A stretch of 37,810 nt of DNA from an uncultured Bdellovibrionales bacterium (GTDB lineage Bacteria > Bdellovibrionota > JAFGOL01), in contig CAYVOB010000002.1 of NCBI GenBank assembly GCA_964452945.1, positions 1-37,810 of the forward strand. The letters are read 5' to 3'. The first letter of the stretch is position 1. Every line of letters begins with the position of its first letter. A model generated the notes under the pieces. That model was not told the origin of the DNA and ran no database searches. It was given only the letters and a program-made list of their open reading frames with translations. Below are positions 36,340 through 37,810 of this stretch, one piece after another. The translations under genes were made by a program, and so were the position numbers.

Positions 36340-37334
36340 TATTGCATCACCTTATATCTTCTATATATGAGATATAATAGCACCGGGGCACCTATAAAAG
36401 CTGTTACAGCCCCCGAAGGCACCTCAAAACTAAAGCTCAATAACCCAGCTATAGCCGTGCAGAAGGTTAAAAACCCAGCTCCCATGATAACAATAAGTGG
36501 GATCATCCTTACGCTTCTTCCTCGAAACAGCAATCTTACTATGTGTGGAACGACTAGACCGACAAAACCAATGGTCCCACAAACTGTAACAGATGCAGCG
36601 GTAACGAATGAAGCCCCTACAATGAATAGCATAGAGAATAATCTATGATTAATACCCGAGCTTACAGAAAGATCCTCTCCAAATTGTATAACATCTAGGA
36701 TATTAGAGAATAAAAGTGTAAGTACTAGCACGATCAGCAATATAGAACCCAAAAAGTATAGTTGTGGAATGTCAGGCTGTGAGATGTTGCCTACAAGCCA
36801 AGAATTCATATAAACAAGTTTTCCACCGTCCATATATGACATTATGGCTGTTATCACCGATGAAAAAAAGAAACTAATACCTATTCCGATAAGTATTATT
36901 ACAACACTGCTACTCACAAGCAGCCTGAACAAAAGTAATAATATAAAGACAGCAAAAAGAGCTCCTATAAAAGATACCAATTCCATTTTGAACACCGAGA
37001 CCGTCGGTGCGAATACTAGAACAGCTGCTACTGCCAATGCAGAGCCACTGGATACACCTAGGACATAAGGGTCAGACATCGGATTCCTTAATACTGCCTG
37101 AAACACATATCCGGAAAACCCAAGAGAAGCCCCTACCAAAAGTGAAGCTAAAAGTTTTGGCCATCTTATTTTCCACAGTATCACAGCATCGTAATCACTA
37201 GTGCCTAAACTTACCGGGCCACCATGGAACAATAAAAGCCATGAGGAGAAAAGAACAAAAAGTATCAATAAGCCGTAAACAAAATAGGGAGAGGAAAATA
37301 TCCTCTCCCTATCATTTGTTGAATTAATGTTCAT
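36339..37334 (-). CDS. FecCD-family ABC permease (iron-chelate/cobalamin uptake)
   Basis: It has about 9-10 TM helices and the FecCD block LVGASLGFSGYVFQAVLRNPMSDPYVLGVSSGSAL. ATG 37334 is preferred over the adjacent TTG 37337. Confidence 0.9.
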   Translation of the reverse strand: MNINSTNDRERIFSSPYFVYGLLILFVLFSSWLLLFHGGPVSLGTSDYDAVILWKIRWPKLLASLLVGASLGFSGYVFQAVLRNPMSDPYVLGVSSGSALAVAAVLVFAPTVSVFKMELVSFIGALFAVFILLLLFRLLVSSSVVIILIGIGISFFFSSVITAIMSYMDGGKLVYMNSWLVGNISQPDIPQLYFLGSILLIVLVLTLLFSNILDVIQFGEDLSVSSGINHRLFSMLFIVGASFVTAASVTVCGTIGFVGLVVPHIVRLLFRGRSVRMIPLIVIMGAGFLTFCTAIAGLLSFSFEVPSGAVTAFIGAPVLLYLIYRRYKVMQ

Positions 37335-37359
37335 CAATTCTATTCCGCTCTAAAAGCGT

Positions 37360-37810
37360 TTACATCATTCCCATTCCGCCCATTCCACCCATTCCACCCA
37401 TTCCTGCACCTGCATGCATATCGGCTTTTTTGTCCTCAGGCTTTTCTGAGATCATAACCTCTGTGGTCAACATCAGTGACGCAACAGAAGAAGCGTTTAG
37501 CAACGCTGTTTTAACTACTTTGGTTGGATCTATTACGCCAGCCTTTATTAGGTCTTCGTATGTATTGGTGTTAGCATTGTAACCAAAAGCAAAATTGTTG
37601 TTAGATCTTATCTTATCTATGACTATAGATCCATCAACACCAGCATTCTCCGCTATCAATCTTGCAGGTTCTTCCAGTGCACGCCTAACTATCCTTACAC
37701 CTGCGTTTTGATCCTCGCTATCCAATTTAAAGCTGTCTATCTTTGTAAGGGCTCTTAACAGAGCAACTCCGCCTCCAGGAACTATACCCTGCTCAGTAGC
37801 GGCTTTTGTT
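37360..37810 (-). CDS. groEL: Chaperonin GroEL, C-terminal 150 codons (5' end outside the window)
   Basis: The frame is open to the window edge ([21 protein letters not shown]...). It has the canonical equatorial-domain sequence and a [12 protein letters not shown] tail. Confidence 0.95.
   Translation of the reverse strand, partial: TKAATEQGIVPGGGVALLRALTKIDSFKLDSEDQNAGVRIVRRALEEPARLIAENAGVDGSIVIDKIRSNNNFAFGYNANTNTYEDLIKAGVIDPTKVVKTALLNASSVASLMLTTEVMISEKPEDKKADMHAGAGMGGMGGMGGMGMM

Noticed and set aside
37363-37400. A tandem 9-nt repeat (cattcc[ag]cc units).
   Set aside because: It encodes the canonical GGM-repeat C-terminal tail of GroEL and is not an independent repeat element.
1-37810. 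I looked for CRISPR-like regularly spaced repeats, IS or transposon ends, integrases, prophage or toxin-antitoxin modules, defence-type nucleases or helicases, and tRNA, rRNA or riboswitch-sized non-coding gaps.
   Set aside because: None was found. The largest non-coding gaps are under 200 bp and are accounted for by promoters or terminators, and every large ORF is either housekeeping or a secreted/envelope protein. This was scanning by eye, so short or degenerate elements could have been missed. A self-dot-plot, Infernal/Rfam and tRNAscan would settle it.

Overview
This is an AT-rich (about 40% GC by eye), very gene-dense chromosomal segment from a diderm (Gram-negative-type) bacterium whose lineage I cannot place from sequence alone. 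About 40 intact CDSs fill almost the whole window. I found no rRNA, tRNA, CRISPR array, transposase, integrase or phage-like gene. Most genes are core housekeeping: mpl-murA-HIT; tmk-holB-ricT(PSP1)-tatD; rsmE; hldC; ligA; gltX; a CDP-alcohol phosphatidyltransferase plus a DUF374 protein; nagZ; a ROK sugar kinase; lepB; tadA; a four-subunit 2-oxoacid:ferredoxin oxidoreductase in delta-alpha-beta-gamma order; a FecCD/FecE-type ABC importer; and the 3' end of groEL. Between them sit envelope and secreted proteins of unknown function. These are two very large acidic secreted proteins (3059-8586), two FecR-domain periplasmic proteins, an RDD membrane protein, three predicted outer-membrane beta-barrels, a DsbA-like oxidoreductase and a Cys-rich lipoprotein. 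I see no convincing canonical defence, toxin or mobile system. The best candidates for something undescribed are (i) the pair of orphan giant secreted proteins between HIT and tmk, and (ii) the minus-strand operon encoding a porin-like barrel, an atypical receiver-DUF4388 protein and a TPR+beta-barrel protein (23393-27312). The TPR+barrel architecture resembles Slam/DUF560 or TPR-porin exporters. Smaller signals include three SD-less genes with a TATAAT-like box 7-8 nt before the ATG (candidate leaderless mRNAs), overlapping divergent promoters, a start-codon-less AtpZ-like mini-ORF, an RG-rich repeat tail on RicT, and convergent genes whose 3' ends mostly overlap or abut. The supplied ORF track translates TTG/GTG starts as M, so I moved several 5' ends to better-supported starts.
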